NCBI GenBank assembly: GCA_026991135.1
Contig: JALXCD010000086.1
Location: forward strand, 1 to 58,241
Length of the DNA stretch: 58,241 nucleotides
Reading direction: 5' to 3'
From: Deltaproteobacteria bacterium
GTDB lineage: Bacteria > Desulfobacterota > Dissulfuribacteria > Dissulfuribacterales > QOAL01
The notes beneath the pieces were generated by a model that saw only the letters and a list, made by a program, of their open reading frames with translations, ran no database searches and had not been told where the DNA came from. Every line of letters starts with the position of its first letter. Within the stretch, counting starts at the first letter, position 1. The position numbers and the translations under genes were made by a program. This document shows positions 1-8,855 of the stretch, piece by piece.

Positions 1-63
1 TCTCCTTGATTATGAACTGTATCAATTATATAAAAATAAGTATTATTTTGCAAAAATTTGTAA

Positions 64-83
64 TAATTATACATAATTATACA
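64..83. repeat. Perfect tandem duplication of the 10-mer TAATTATACA in AT-rich intergenic DNA at the window edge
   Basis: Read directly: TAATTATACA at 64-73 and again at 74-83. It lies 3' of the minus-strand kinase gene. Function unknown. Confidence 0.6.
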
Positions 84-226
84 AAGTTAGTTCTTAATTT
101 AAATAGAGAGTTTCTCAGAGGTCTCTATTTTGTGTATGAAAGTCTTGTAAGCATATCTGCGGGACAGGCTCTTTTACTGTCAATGTGTATGCTGATTGTT
201 TGACCTTTATCTTTTATTGTGCTTTA

Positions 227-2116
227 TTATTTCTTTAGTACACTTTTGATTTTTTGAGTTAATGCAATAGGTGTGATTGGTTTAGATATATAATGAATAC
301 CCTTTTCAAGCACACCGTGTCGGACAATTATATTTTCAGTGTAGCCAGACATGAAAATAACCTTAATCCCCGGTCTTTCTTTTCTTATGCTTTCCGCAAG
401 CTCTCTACCATTTATTTGTGGCATAACAACATCCGTAATTAATAAGTGAATTTCTCCGTCATATTTATGCATAATATCTATTGCTTCTTTACCAGAAGTG
501 GCCTTAAGGCAATTATAGCCAAGGGGTTTTAGTGTATCTTCAATGAGCTGACAAATGGATGGATTATCATCAACAATTAGGATTGTTTCATTTCCATAGG
601 GTAATCTTCCCTTGATAGAATTATCATCTTTTTTCTCTTTTTTACTCTTCTTACTGGCTGGTAAATATATTTTGAATGTTGTTCCCTTACCTTTTTCACT
701 GTAAACATAAATATAACCACCATGCTGTTTAACAATACCATATACAGTCGCAAGGCCTAGTCCAGTACCCCTGCCCAGTTCCTTAGTTGTAAAAAACGGG
801 TCGAATATCTTTGACATAACCTCTTCATCCATGCCTTCTCCTGTATCGCTTATGCTCAAGAGAACGTAGCGCCCTGGTTTGACCTCTCTATGTTTTTCTG
901 TATAAAGTTCGTCAAGTTCAACCTCAGCGGTTTCAATTGTTATTTCACCCCCATCGGGCATGGCATCTCTGGCATTAACTACTAGGTTCATGAGGATCTG
1001 TTCTATTTGAGCGGGATCAGCCTCGACGATACAGCTGTCTTCAGACAAATAGGTTTTAAAGACTATGTCTTCACCCACCATTTTACCCAAAATTTTTAGA
1101 AAATCCTTTATGATGGTATTTATAGATATGACCTCTCTTTTAAGAACCTGTTTCCGGCTAAAGGCCAGCAACTGCCGTGTTAAGGTGGAAGCTTTACTAC
1201 TGGCATCATGAATGGCCTTTATTTTATCATATATTGGATCACTGGGAGGGATTTGAGCAAGCAACAACTCGGAATAGCCTATTATTATGCTGAGAATATT
1301 ATTAAAATCGTGGGCGACACCACCGGCAAGCCTGCCAATGGATTCCATCTTCTGGGCCTGTTGAAGCCTCCGTTCGAGTTCGATCCGTTTTGCTATCTGC
1401 TTTTCCAGATCTTGATAGGCCTCAAAGATTTCACGGGACATGAGATTGATGGCATTTACTGTACTGGTTAGTTCGTCATTTTCTGTGAATCTGTTAATGG
1501 GCCGGTCAAGTGTAAGTGGCTCCTGCTTGAGGCCCAATTTGATGCTTTTTGTGTACTCCTGAATGGCAATTAAGTGCCTGGAAATAAGACGATGGAACAA
1601 GAAAATAATGGCTATAGAGAGGAGAAACATCAGTAGCAGGTTCTGGAAAAATGTTATAAAGATTAAAGATCGAGCTTTTGCGATAGCAGACTGTTTTGAT
1701 GCCTCAACTGTAAGCTTGCCAAGAAAGATTTTTCTCCCTTTATCCTGATGATAAAGGGGAACGGTTTTTTTTATATTGTTGTTACTACCCGGACTTCCGC
1801 TGCGTACAACTATCTTTCCATTTTCATCGGTGATTTGGAAAAAAACAATATCATTGTTTAGCAAAAAACCCTTCATTGCAAGGCTCAATGAACGAGTGTC
1901 CATTATCCAGAGACTTTGCTCTATAAATGATTTGTTAGTTGTAACAATAGTATCAAGTTCTTTTTTAATAAAAGAGATTCTTTCCTGGTATTGCTGATAT
2001 GATATGATGATAGAAATTACCAGGGACATCATTGTCCCTGACAATATAGTACAAAGAGCAAAACATCTACCTATTTTACTCTTAAACCATTCTGGCATTT
2101 CTATCATTTTCACCAT
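227..2116 (-). CDS. Hybrid sensor histidine kinase (TM-periplasmic sensor-TM, HAMP-like linker, HisKA, HATPase, C-terminal receiver)
   Basis: 629-aa ORF. H-box GGVAHDFNNILSII, N-box NLVVNARDAM, G-boxes DTGEGM and GTGLGLATV. C-terminal REC (ILIVDDNP ... LLITDVVMPQINGRELA ... ISKP). Two hydrophobic segments flank a roughly 130-aa extracytoplasmic region. The ATG overlaps the stop of the upstream binding-protein gene (ATGGTGA). Confidence 0.9.
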   Translation of the reverse strand: MVKMIEMPEWFKSKIGRCFALCTILSGTMMSLVISIIISYQQYQERISFIKKELDTIVTTNKSFIEQSLWIMDTRSLSLAMKGFLLNNDIVFFQITDENGKIVVRSGSPGSNNNIKKTVPLYHQDKGRKIFLGKLTVEASKQSAIAKARSLIFITFFQNLLLMFLLSIAIIFLFHRLISRHLIAIQEYTKSIKLGLKQEPLTLDRPINRFTENDELTSTVNAINLMSREIFEAYQDLEKQIAKRIELERRLQQAQKMESIGRLAGGVAHDFNNILSIIIGYSELLLAQIPPSDPIYDKIKAIHDASSKASTLTRQLLAFSRKQVLKREVISINTIIKDFLKILGKMVGEDIVFKTYLSEDSCIVEADPAQIEQILMNLVVNARDAMPDGGEITIETAEVELDELYTEKHREVKPGRYVLLSISDTGEGMDEEVMSKIFDPFFTTKELGRGTGLGLATVYGIVKQHGGYIYVYSEKGKGTTFKIYLPASKKSKKEKKDDNSIKGRLPYGNETILIVDDNPSICQLIEDTLKPLGYNCLKATSGKEAIDIMHKYDGEIHLLITDVVMPQINGRELAESIRKERPGIKVIFMSGYTENIIVRHGVLEKGIHYISKPITPIALTQKIKSVLKK

Positions 2117-2925
2117 TGATTAAGAATTCCTTCAAGGTGTGGCAGATGGGCCTTTTCTATAATGTGTCGGATGGTTCCATCCTTTTGCATCTGATGAATA
2201 GTGTAGTTGAATTCATCAAGTATCTTGACAAATGGAGAACCCTTTCTGATCAAAAGCCGAAAGGCAATTGTAGTTAACGGATAAGGATTGATACATATAT
2301 TTTTATACTCTTCGGAAATTGAGCCTCCTTCCTTGAGTTTTTCTTGAAGAAAGAATGCTGCAACAAAACCATTTAGGATGAAGATATCCGCACGATTCTT
2401 AATGAGCATCTTGAAGGCGCTATCCAGGGTTGGAACCCAGGTAATCATGGCCCCTTTTAATTTTTCTTTGGTCCAACCTGCACCCAGTGTCTCAACGACT
2501 CTATATTTTTTAATTGTTTTCAAAGATCGTTTAGACAAAGATCGTATAGACATTATTTCCTTTACTCGGGGATTGTGCCTGTTGAGAAATATATGTTCGG
2601 AAACTAGAAGAATGGGATCGGAAGCAAGAAAAAATGGTTTTCTCTCACTTGTAAGGATGGTGACCATGCCATCAGCCTTTCCGGCAGCCACGATCTTCTG
2701 AGCCCGGGCCCAAGGATAGAGCTCTACCTTAATGGGAATATTCATGCGATAAAATGCTTCTGTAATAATCTCATAGAAAATGCCAGTAGGTTTCCCGTCA
2801 TCTCCACGGTAAATAAGTGGCGGGTAATCCTCATCGTCTATCCAGTGAAAGACCTTTGTCTCATTTGCGTTGACAGAATTGACTATCAATACCAGTGCAA
2901 AGAGTAAGCAGGTAACTATTTTCAT
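2110..2925 (-). CDS. Periplasmic solute-binding protein, family 3 (polar amino acid type), probable co-sensor for the downstream kinase
   Basis: ORF 2110-3006 trimmed to the internal ATG at 2925, which gives a signal peptide MKIVTCLLFALVLIVNSVNA. The mature part has the family-3 SBP look (DYPPLIY..., GKADGMV, lobed alpha/beta pattern). The start choice is inference. Confidence 0.78.
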   Translation of the reverse strand: MKIVTCLLFALVLIVNSVNANETKVFHWIDDEDYPPLIYRGDDGKPTGIFYEIITEAFYRMNIPIKVELYPWARAQKIVAAGKADGMVTILTSERKPFFLASDPILLVSEHIFLNRHNPRVKEIMSIRSLSKRSLKTIKKYRVVETLGAGWTKEKLKGAMITWVPTLDSAFKMLIKNRADIFILNGFVAAFFLQEKLKEGGSISEEYKNICINPYPLTTIAFRLLIRKGSPFVKILDEFNYTIHQMQKDGTIRHIIEKAHLPHLEGILNQW

Positions 2926-3407
2926 AACAGACTCTTTGTGCAATCTATGCAATCTAAAAGGAAAGATCCAAGCTCCATCCTTGACGCTATAAGTAATTGG
3001 TTTCATACATTTTTTATCGGTCCTAATTTAGGAAACCTATAAGTGAGTATAGCAGAAGTGTGAAATACGAGTCAAATATATCCCCTAAGTTCTAAGATAA
3101 GAAATAGAGAGAGGGACCCAACTTAAGGGTATAGAAGTGATAAAGGTAAAAAATAATTCAATAAGACATTGGGTTACTTTTACAATCCAGCTAAAAATTT
3201 TTTAGAACAAAACCAATCCAATTTTTCTTTAAAAATGGTTTTATCCCTTGCAAGTAGTGTCGGGTCAAAACAAAAGTGATATGCTCTTATTTATCTTATC
3301 CAACATTCAAATCTTAAGCGTTAATTTCGTGAAAATAACCAGGAAAAATTTGTCACCCCTTCGACAAAATTGTATGGTGTAAATCTTTTGGAAAGGGTGT
3401 TTTTGAA

Positions 3408-4496
3408 ATGATGAGTGAAAAAAGAATTAAACGGCTAAGGCGTTCATTGTTGGCAAGGGGTCTGGACGGAGCCTTGATTTTTGGCCCTGAGAATAGATTT
3501 TATTTTTCTGGATTTTGGGCAGAGGATCTGGGCTGCACAGAATCTTCAGGGTGTCTTTTGATAACAAGGGATGAGAATTTTCTTCTTACAGATGGAAGAT
3601 ATGAAGAGCAGGCAAGAAGGGAGGCCAAAGGCTTTAATGTTCAAATTTATAAAAGGGGTCTGAAGGGGCTTTTAAAGAGGCTTTTTGGGGAGCTTGAAAT
3701 AAAAAGATGTGGTCTTGAAGGGAATTATATCTCGTATTTTCGGGCAAAATCCATAAAAGGTGCCTTTCCAAAAATAAAATGGGTTGAGCTTAGTGGAATT
3801 TCCGAAAGGATGAGGTCGGTAAAGGACAAGGAGGAGATTGAAAGGATACGGGCTTCTCAAAGGGTTAATGAAGAGGTCTTTGAGGAGGTCCTTTCAAAGA
3901 TTAGGGTAGGTATGAGTGAAAAGGAGCTTTCCTTTATGATTCTTAAGGGACTTATGGAAAGGGCAGATGGCCCGTCCTTTCCCACAATAGTGGCATCCGG
4001 TCCTAACAGTTCTCTGCCACATGCAGTTCCTACAGATAGAAGGATACGGAAACACGAGCCTGTCATTATTGACATGGGGGCGCGTCTTCATGGGTACTGT
4101 TCTGACATGACAAGGACGGTCTTTTTGGAAGGGCCAGATAAAGAATTTAAAAAGATATACGAGATAGTAAAGGATGCCCAAAAAAGGGCAAAGGAAATGA
4201 TAAGGGCCGGGATCACAGCAAGGAAGGCGGACAGTTTTTCAAGGGATTATATTACTGAAAAAGGTCTTGGAAAATACTTTATGCATTCCTTGGGGCATGG
4301 AGTTGGAATAGCAATTCATGAGGCCCCGGCACTTTCTAAAAGAAACAGGAAAAAACTTAAGGCCGGTATGGTAATTACCATTGAGCCTGGCATTTATCTT
4401 CCTGGAAAGGGAGGAGTAAGGCTTGAGGATATGGCGGTTGTGAAGGAAGATGGAGTTGAGGTAATTACCTCTAAAAAGTGGTTTTATGAATTTTGA
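3408..4496 (+). CDS. M24B family Xaa-Pro aminopeptidase/dipeptidase
   Basis: 362 aa. N-terminal creatinase/prolidase-like domain, then the M24 pita-bread metal-ligand motifs DMGARLHGYCSDMTRT, HSLGHGVGIAIHE, VITIEPGIY and GGVRLEDMAVV. Confidence 0.88.
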   Translation: MMSEKRIKRLRRSLLARGLDGALIFGPENRFYFSGFWAEDLGCTESSGCLLITRDENFLLTDGRYEEQARREAKGFNVQIYKRGLKGLLKRLFGELEIKRCGLEGNYISYFRAKSIKGAFPKIKWVELSGISERMRSVKDKEEIERIRASQRVNEEVFEEVLSKIRVGMSEKELSFMILKGLMERADGPSFPTIVASGPNSSLPHAVPTDRRIRKHEPVIIDMGARLHGYCSDMTRTVFLEGPDKEFKKIYEIVKDAQKRAKEMIRAGITARKADSFSRDYITEKGLGKYFMHSLGHGVGIAIHEAPALSKRNRKKLKAGMVITIEPGIYLPGKGGVRLEDMAVVKEDGVEVITSKKWFYEF

Positions 4497-5235
4497 CCCC
4501 AATGAACAAAAGGAGCTAAGCCTTACTGAGCACCTGGCAGAGCTTAGAACAAGGCTTATAAGGTCAATCATTGCAATTACCGTTGGTTTTTGTATCTCCT
4601 ACGCATTCATAGAGCCAATTTTTTTGATTCTTTCAAGGCCCCTTGAAGAGGTGCTTCCCCCTGGCTCAAGCCTTATCTTTACATCCTACCCCGAGGCCTT
4701 TTTTACATATCTAAAGCTTGCCTTGACCTGCGGGATATTTATGGCAAGCCCCTTTGTGCTTTATGAGATTTGGGCATTTGTTGCCCCTGGCCTTTACCCC
4801 CATGAAAAGAGGCTGGCCCTTCCCTTTGTGCTTTTTTCAAGCATCTTTTTTATTGGAGGCGGCTTTTTCGGATATATTGTCGTATTTCCTGCTGCCTTTA
4901 ACTTCCTGGCAAGCTACGCAGGAAAGGACCTTAAGCTTCTTCCAAGTGTAAGCGAATATTTTAGCCTTACAGTTAAGCTTCTTCTGGGCTTTGGGGCAGC
5001 CTTTGAGCTTCCGATCTTTATGGTCTTTATGTCCCTTATAGGAATCATTGATGCAAGGATGCTTCGAAAAAACAGAAAATACGCCCTTCTAATAGTATTT
5101 ATCCTTGCAGCCATTCTCACCCCTACCCCTGATGTAATAAACCAGTGCCTTTTGGCAGCCCCCCTCCTTGTCCTTTATGAAATAAGTATCTGGCTGGTTG
5201 CCCTTATTGGCAAAAGGAAAGTATCTTTAGGATAG
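4486..5235 (+). CDS. tatC: Twin-arginine translocase subunit TatC
   Basis: 249 aa with six predicted TM helices. N-terminal LTEHLAELRTRLIRS motif typical of TatC. Overlaps the end of the peptidase gene by 11 nt. Confidence 0.9.
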   Translation: MNFDPNEQKELSLTEHLAELRTRLIRSIIAITVGFCISYAFIEPIFLILSRPLEEVLPPGSSLIFTSYPEAFFTYLKLALTCGIFMASPFVLYEIWAFVAPGLYPHEKRLALPFVLFSSIFFIGGGFFGYIVVFPAAFNFLASYAGKDLKLLPSVSEYFSLTVKLLLGFGAAFELPIFMVFMSLIGIIDARMLRKNRKYALLIVFILAAILTPTPDVINQCLLAAPLLVLYEISIWLVALIGKRKVSLG

Positions 5236-6379
5236 TTTTTTTATTGTAAATATCTTCAATCCCCCAGACCCTTGCCTGAAATAATGCATTTTCTGCTATC
5301 TTTTCATGGTCAGCCGATGGAATGGAAATTTCTGAAAGGCACTTGGGGCAGTTGATCTTATTAAGCCATAGGCCAAAGGATTTTGCGGTTTCCTTGGCTG
5401 CCATTTTGTCATCAAGCCCCTTTTCTATGCCAAAACACCTTTTCCCAAGTTGCGCGATCTTTTGAGGTTCGTCTTTTTCTTCTGCCTTCCAGTTCATCCA
5501 CCCTGGAAGAAGGGCTGCAAGGCCCTGTCCATGGGGAATGTTGTAAATAGCACTTAAAGAATGCTCAATGAGATGGACAGGAAAGGGGTGATCCCCAACC
5601 CCTGCACGGGTAAGACCGTTAAGGGCAAGGGTTGCGGCCCACATAAGGCTTGCCCTGCTGTCATAATCTTTGGGGTTTTTCATGGATGATTCAGTGGTTT
5701 CCATGATAACCCTTATAAGGCCCTCTGCTATCTCATCCTGGACAGGGGTCTTGGGATAGGGGCCGTTAAAATATGGTTCAAGAAGGTGACATATTGCATC
5801 AACTCCTCCAAAGGCCGTGTAATTTTCAGGAACAGAAAAGGTGAGTTCAGGGTTCAGGAAGGATACCTTTGGGAAAAGGTGTGGAGAGCCTGCCGCAAGC
5901 TTAAGCCCCTTTTCCATGTTGGTTATAACCATAAAGCCATTCATCTCAGAGCCAGAGGCAGCAAGGGTTGGAATGCAAAAAACAGGAAGGGCCTCCTTTA
6001 TCTCCTTTTTGCCTTCAAAGACCTCCCAGACATCCCCGTTAAGCTTAACCCCGCAAGAAATGGCCTTTGCCGTATCCATAGAGCTTCCGCCACCAAGGGC
6101 AAGAAGCATCTCAATTCGGTTTTTTCTGACAATCTCTATTCCTTCTTGAACCTTGTCAAGAAGGGGGTTTGACTGGACTCCTTCAAGGGTCCAGAAATTT
6201 ATTCCTCCCTCCTTAAGAACCTTAACTACCCTGTCATAGGCCCCAGAGCCCCTGGCGCTTTTTTGCCCAATAACCAGAAGGCAGCTTTTGCCATATTCTC
6301 TAAGCTCTATTGCTATCTTGTTCAGGGCATCTTTTCCAAATATGATCTTTGTAGGATTGTGAAATTCAAAATTTTTCAT
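5204..6379 (-). CDS. Iron-containing (group III) alcohol dehydrogenase, YqhD/butanol dehydrogenase-like
   Basis: 391 aa. GGGSSMDTAKAI dinucleotide/Fe-ADH signature and conserved His cluster (DAICHLLE, HLIEHSLS, PHGQGLA). The 3' end overlaps the convergent tatC by 32 nt. Confidence 0.9.
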   Translation of the reverse strand: MKNFEFHNPTKIIFGKDALNKIAIELREYGKSCLLVIGQKSARGSGAYDRVVKVLKEGGINFWTLEGVQSNPLLDKVQEGIEIVRKNRIEMLLALGGGSSMDTAKAISCGVKLNGDVWEVFEGKKEIKEALPVFCIPTLAASGSEMNGFMVITNMEKGLKLAAGSPHLFPKVSFLNPELTFSVPENYTAFGGVDAICHLLEPYFNGPYPKTPVQDEIAEGLIRVIMETTESSMKNPKDYDSRASLMWAATLALNGLTRAGVGDHPFPVHLIEHSLSAIYNIPHGQGLAALLPGWMNWKAEEKDEPQKIAQLGKRCFGIEKGLDDKMAAKETAKSFGLWLNKINCPKCLSEISIPSADHEKIAENALFQARVWGIEDIYNKKTILKILSFCQ

Positions 6380-6431
6380 GTCCTACTCCTTTTTAGGCTC
6401 CTTCTTTTGATGGCCGAATGAAGGAAAGAAA

Positions 6432-7100
6432 TTATAGCCCTATCTCCTTTAAAAACCTTTCCATTCCAATCTTTTTGATTACCCTGTCAAGCCTTGATTT
6501 TATCTTAACGTTTTCAGTAAAAAGGGCTGCTATCTTTGAAAGAAGCTCTATTCCTTCCTCATAGGTCTTTATAATTGCAATATTTTGGCCTGGGACAGGT
6601 TTTGAGCCACCATGTCCGCCAACAAAAACCTGAAATCCCCTTTTAATTCCCACAAAGCCTACATCTAATACATTTGCCCATGAACAACAGGCAGGACAGC
6701 CAGCTATTCCAACCTTTAGCTTTTTTGCAATTGGTTGACGTCCTATCTTCTGGATTATGGCGTCTGAAAATGGAAAGGTCTCCTGAAGGGCAAACTTACA
6801 ATAGGGCCTTCCTACACATACCCTTGGTTGAGAGATGTCCCTTGCTGTTTTTGCATAAAGGTTAGTTTTGGATAATTTTTCAAGGGCTCTTTGGCCTGTC
6901 TCTTTTGTTAGGTTAAGAAGCATGAATTTTTGTGCTGTAGTTATGTGAACTTTACAGTCAAGCTCTTCCGAAACTTCTGAAAGTGCCTTAAGGTCACTGG
7001 CGCTAGGGCAGGCTCCATTGGGAACTTCGATATATATTGCATAGGAGCCATCTTTTTGTGGAACGAGGCCCGGTATAATCTCTTTTTTATTTTTGCCCAT
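6432..7100 (-). CDS. Small nitrite/sulfite reductase-like protein (ferredoxin-like half domain plus 4Fe-4S/siroheme-binding domain)
   Basis: 222 aa. Cys spacing CVGRPYC (C-x5-C) and later GCPACC (C-x3-C) fits the C-x5-C-xn-C-x3-C cluster/siroheme coupling motif of NiR/SiR proteins. It lies upstream of, and on the same strand as, the Fe-ADH gene with a 52-nt gap. Confidence 0.72.
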   Translation of the reverse strand: MGKNKKEIIPGLVPQKDGSYAIYIEVPNGACPSASDLKALSEVSEELDCKVHITTAQKFMLLNLTKETGQRALEKLSKTNLYAKTARDISQPRVCVGRPYCKFALQETFPFSDAIIQKIGRQPIAKKLKVGIAGCPACCSWANVLDVGFVGIKRGFQVFVGGHGGSKPVPGQNIAIIKTYEEGIELLSKIAALFTENVKIKSRLDRVIKKIGMERFLKEIGL

Positions 7101-7302
7101 TCGTGCCTCCTTAGTAGTTTAAATAAAATAATAGCCCTATTTGTTTAGAATACAACAGGTTTAGGCGTATGTTAAAGTTGCAAGATAAAAAGATTATGAG
7201 AAATCTTTTAAGGGAATACCCTTTAATTTTTGAAGAATGTTTTTTTTAGTGTTAAAGAAAAGAATATTTTTTATCATGTCAATGATAAGAACGAGGGACC
7301 TT

Positions 7303-8202
7303 ATGCCAAAGAAAATTCTTGCCCTTTTAATAACAGTTGCCTTTTTACAGGGCTGTTCACTTATCCCAAGAAACCAAATCAGGCCAGTGGCCAAGGGTGA
7401 ACGCTGGAGAGTAAGGCTCATCAAATATGAAAATGGCTCTGATTTTGTTAAAAAGGGAGGATTTGAGCACCCTTATGATTTTTCCCTACTTAAACTCAAT
7501 AGAATCCTTGGCGCTATCTATTACAGGAATTCAGAGCTTTTTGGAAGTGGTAAAAAGACAAGGCTTTTTAATAAAAGGGTCAGGGCAACCCTTCTAAAAC
7601 CGTTAAAACAGGCCTTTTCTATGGCAAGACCTGATGAGGTGGTTGATTTTTCCTTCATGCTCTCGGAGAGGAAATTGGTCTTTTTTAATCATGACCTTTT
7701 TACTAGTGGAATCATGTTCGTGAAGGATGGCAAACTGAATGTAGTAATGAGAGTTGTGGATTTTCAGGTGGAAAATTTTGCCGATGCCTTGAGGCAGTTT
7801 GCCGGTGATCCTACAGGGCGTGCGTTAAGAAATCCCTGGGAATTTGTTGTTGGGCCTGGTCAAAGGCTTAAACCTTCTAAAAAATCAGGCCTTGGGATAT
7901 TTCAGGAGTCAGTATATCCAAATTGGCTCATAATTGACCTTGATTATGAGTTTGGTCCTGCACCTTTAAAGGCCCGCAAAAAGTTCAATGTCCCCCAGGT
8001 CCTTACTCCAGGCTCTGCTCCCCCAAAGGTGAAATTTGAACCTGTAAAACCAGGTGAAGGGGCGGTAAAGACAAAGACCTATACCCCAGTTGATGATCCG
8101 GAAGTGAGGAAAAAACTCCAGGTCCTAAGAGACCTTTATAACAGTGGGGCTATTAGCAGAAAGACCTATGAGAGAAAGAAGGAGGAGCTTTTATCCCGCT
8201 AA
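7303..8202 (+). CDS. Lipoprotein of unknown function with C-terminal SHOCT-like motif
   Basis: ORF 7237-8202 trimmed to the ATG at 7303, preceded by GAGGGA. Signal peptide MPKKILALLITVAFLQGC has a lipobox (LQGC). The C-terminus LQVLRDLYNSGAISRKTYERKKEELL resembles a SHOCT domain. Confidence 0.7.
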   Translation: MPKKILALLITVAFLQGCSLIPRNQIRPVAKGERWRVRLIKYENGSDFVKKGGFEHPYDFSLLKLNRILGAIYYRNSELFGSGKKTRLFNKRVRATLLKPLKQAFSMARPDEVVDFSFMLSERKLVFFNHDLFTSGIMFVKDGKLNVVMRVVDFQVENFADALRQFAGDPTGRALRNPWEFVVGPGQRLKPSKKSGLGIFQESVYPNWLIIDLDYEFGPAPLKARKKFNVPQVLTPGSAPPKVKFEPVKPGEGAVKTKTYTPVDDPEVRKKLQVLRDLYNSGAISRKTYERKKEELLSR

Positions 8203-8723
8203 AGGGCATTTTGCCTTAAAAGATCCTTTATGAACTTTTCATAAATAAAGGTGCTATCAGGGGTAAAGGGCTCTTTTTTCATAAGTTTTTCAAGCCCTTT
8301 TAGGGAAAGAAATCTAAAATCCTCAACTTCGGTCTCCTGGGGCCTAATTGCACCTGAAAACCTGCATGAAAAAAGCCTTCCAAAGACCCTGTTCTTTTCA
8401 TCTTCAAAGAAAAATTCAGCATGCATTTTAAGTTCCGGGCAATCTATGCCGGTCTCCTCCTTAAGTTCCCTTTTTGCATTTTCCAAATAGGTCTCCCCCT
8501 TTGCCACAACACCACCAGCAGCTATCTCCCACATCCCCGGGTAGATGTCCTTTTTTAGGGTTCTTTTTTGACACAAAATCCGTTTCTTACCGTCAATTAC
8601 CACAATATAGGTTGCCCTGTGAATCAGCCTTTTTTGGCGCATCTCTTTTCTGGTGGCAACGCCAATTTCATTGTTCTTTTCATCAACAATTATTACGGGT
8701 TCGTCTTGATCCAGTGGTTTCAC
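8199..8723 (-). CDS. Nudix hydrolase
   Basis: 174 aa with a GTG start preceded by GGGGAG. Complete Nudix box GVVAKGETYLENAKRELKEETGI (G-x5-E-x7-REUxEExGU). Confidence 0.87.
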   Translation of the reverse strand: MKPLDQDEPVIIVDEKNNEIGVATRKEMRQKRLIHRATYIVVIDGKKRILCQKRTLKKDIYPGMWEIAAGGVVAKGETYLENAKRELKEETGIDCPELKMHAEFFFEDEKNRVFGRLFSCRFSGAIRPQETEVEDFRFLSLKGLEKLMKKEPFTPDSTFIYEKFIKDLLRQNAL

Positions 8724-8768
8724 AATGAGTCTCCCCTTTTAATTTTATAAGGCCAAGGCAGTTGCATA

Positions 8769-8797
8769 TTGGTAACTTTGTGATACCTTGATACAAT
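8769..8797 (+). promoter_or_regulatory. Putative sigma-70 promoter for the CoADR-dsbC-purH operon
   Basis: TTGGTA (8769-8774), 17-nt spacer, TACAAT (8792-8797), about 60 nt upstream of the ATG at 8856. The spacer carries a direct repeat TGATAC-CT-TGATAC. Sequence match only. Confidence 0.3.
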
Positions 8798-8855
8798 GAA
8801 TGGTTATTCAGTAAGTTTCCTCTCTTATCTATCATCATGAAGGAGGATTAGTCAA

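Noticed and set aside
101-130. A 9-bp inverted repeat, AAATAGAGA (101-109) with TCTCTATTT (122-130), downstream of the kinase gene. Considered as an intrinsic terminator.
   Set aside because: The stem is AT-rich with a 12-nt loop, and there is no U-tract after it on either strand. This is not enough to call a terminator.
3236-3252. A sigma-54-like element, TGG-N9-TTGCA, about 160 nt upstream of the peptidase gene.
   Set aside because: The GG-to-GC spacing is one nucleotide longer than the strictly conserved -24/-12 spacing. The CAC of the -24 box is missing, and no enhancer-binding protein gene is adjacent.
3007-3407. A 400-bp intergenic gap, inspected for tRNA, small RNA, riboswitch, DnaA-box cluster or short ORFs.
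   Set aside because: I found no tRNA-like T-arm, no recognisable riboswitch core, only a degenerate TTATCCAAC, and no ORF with a convincing RBS. The region is left unannotated.
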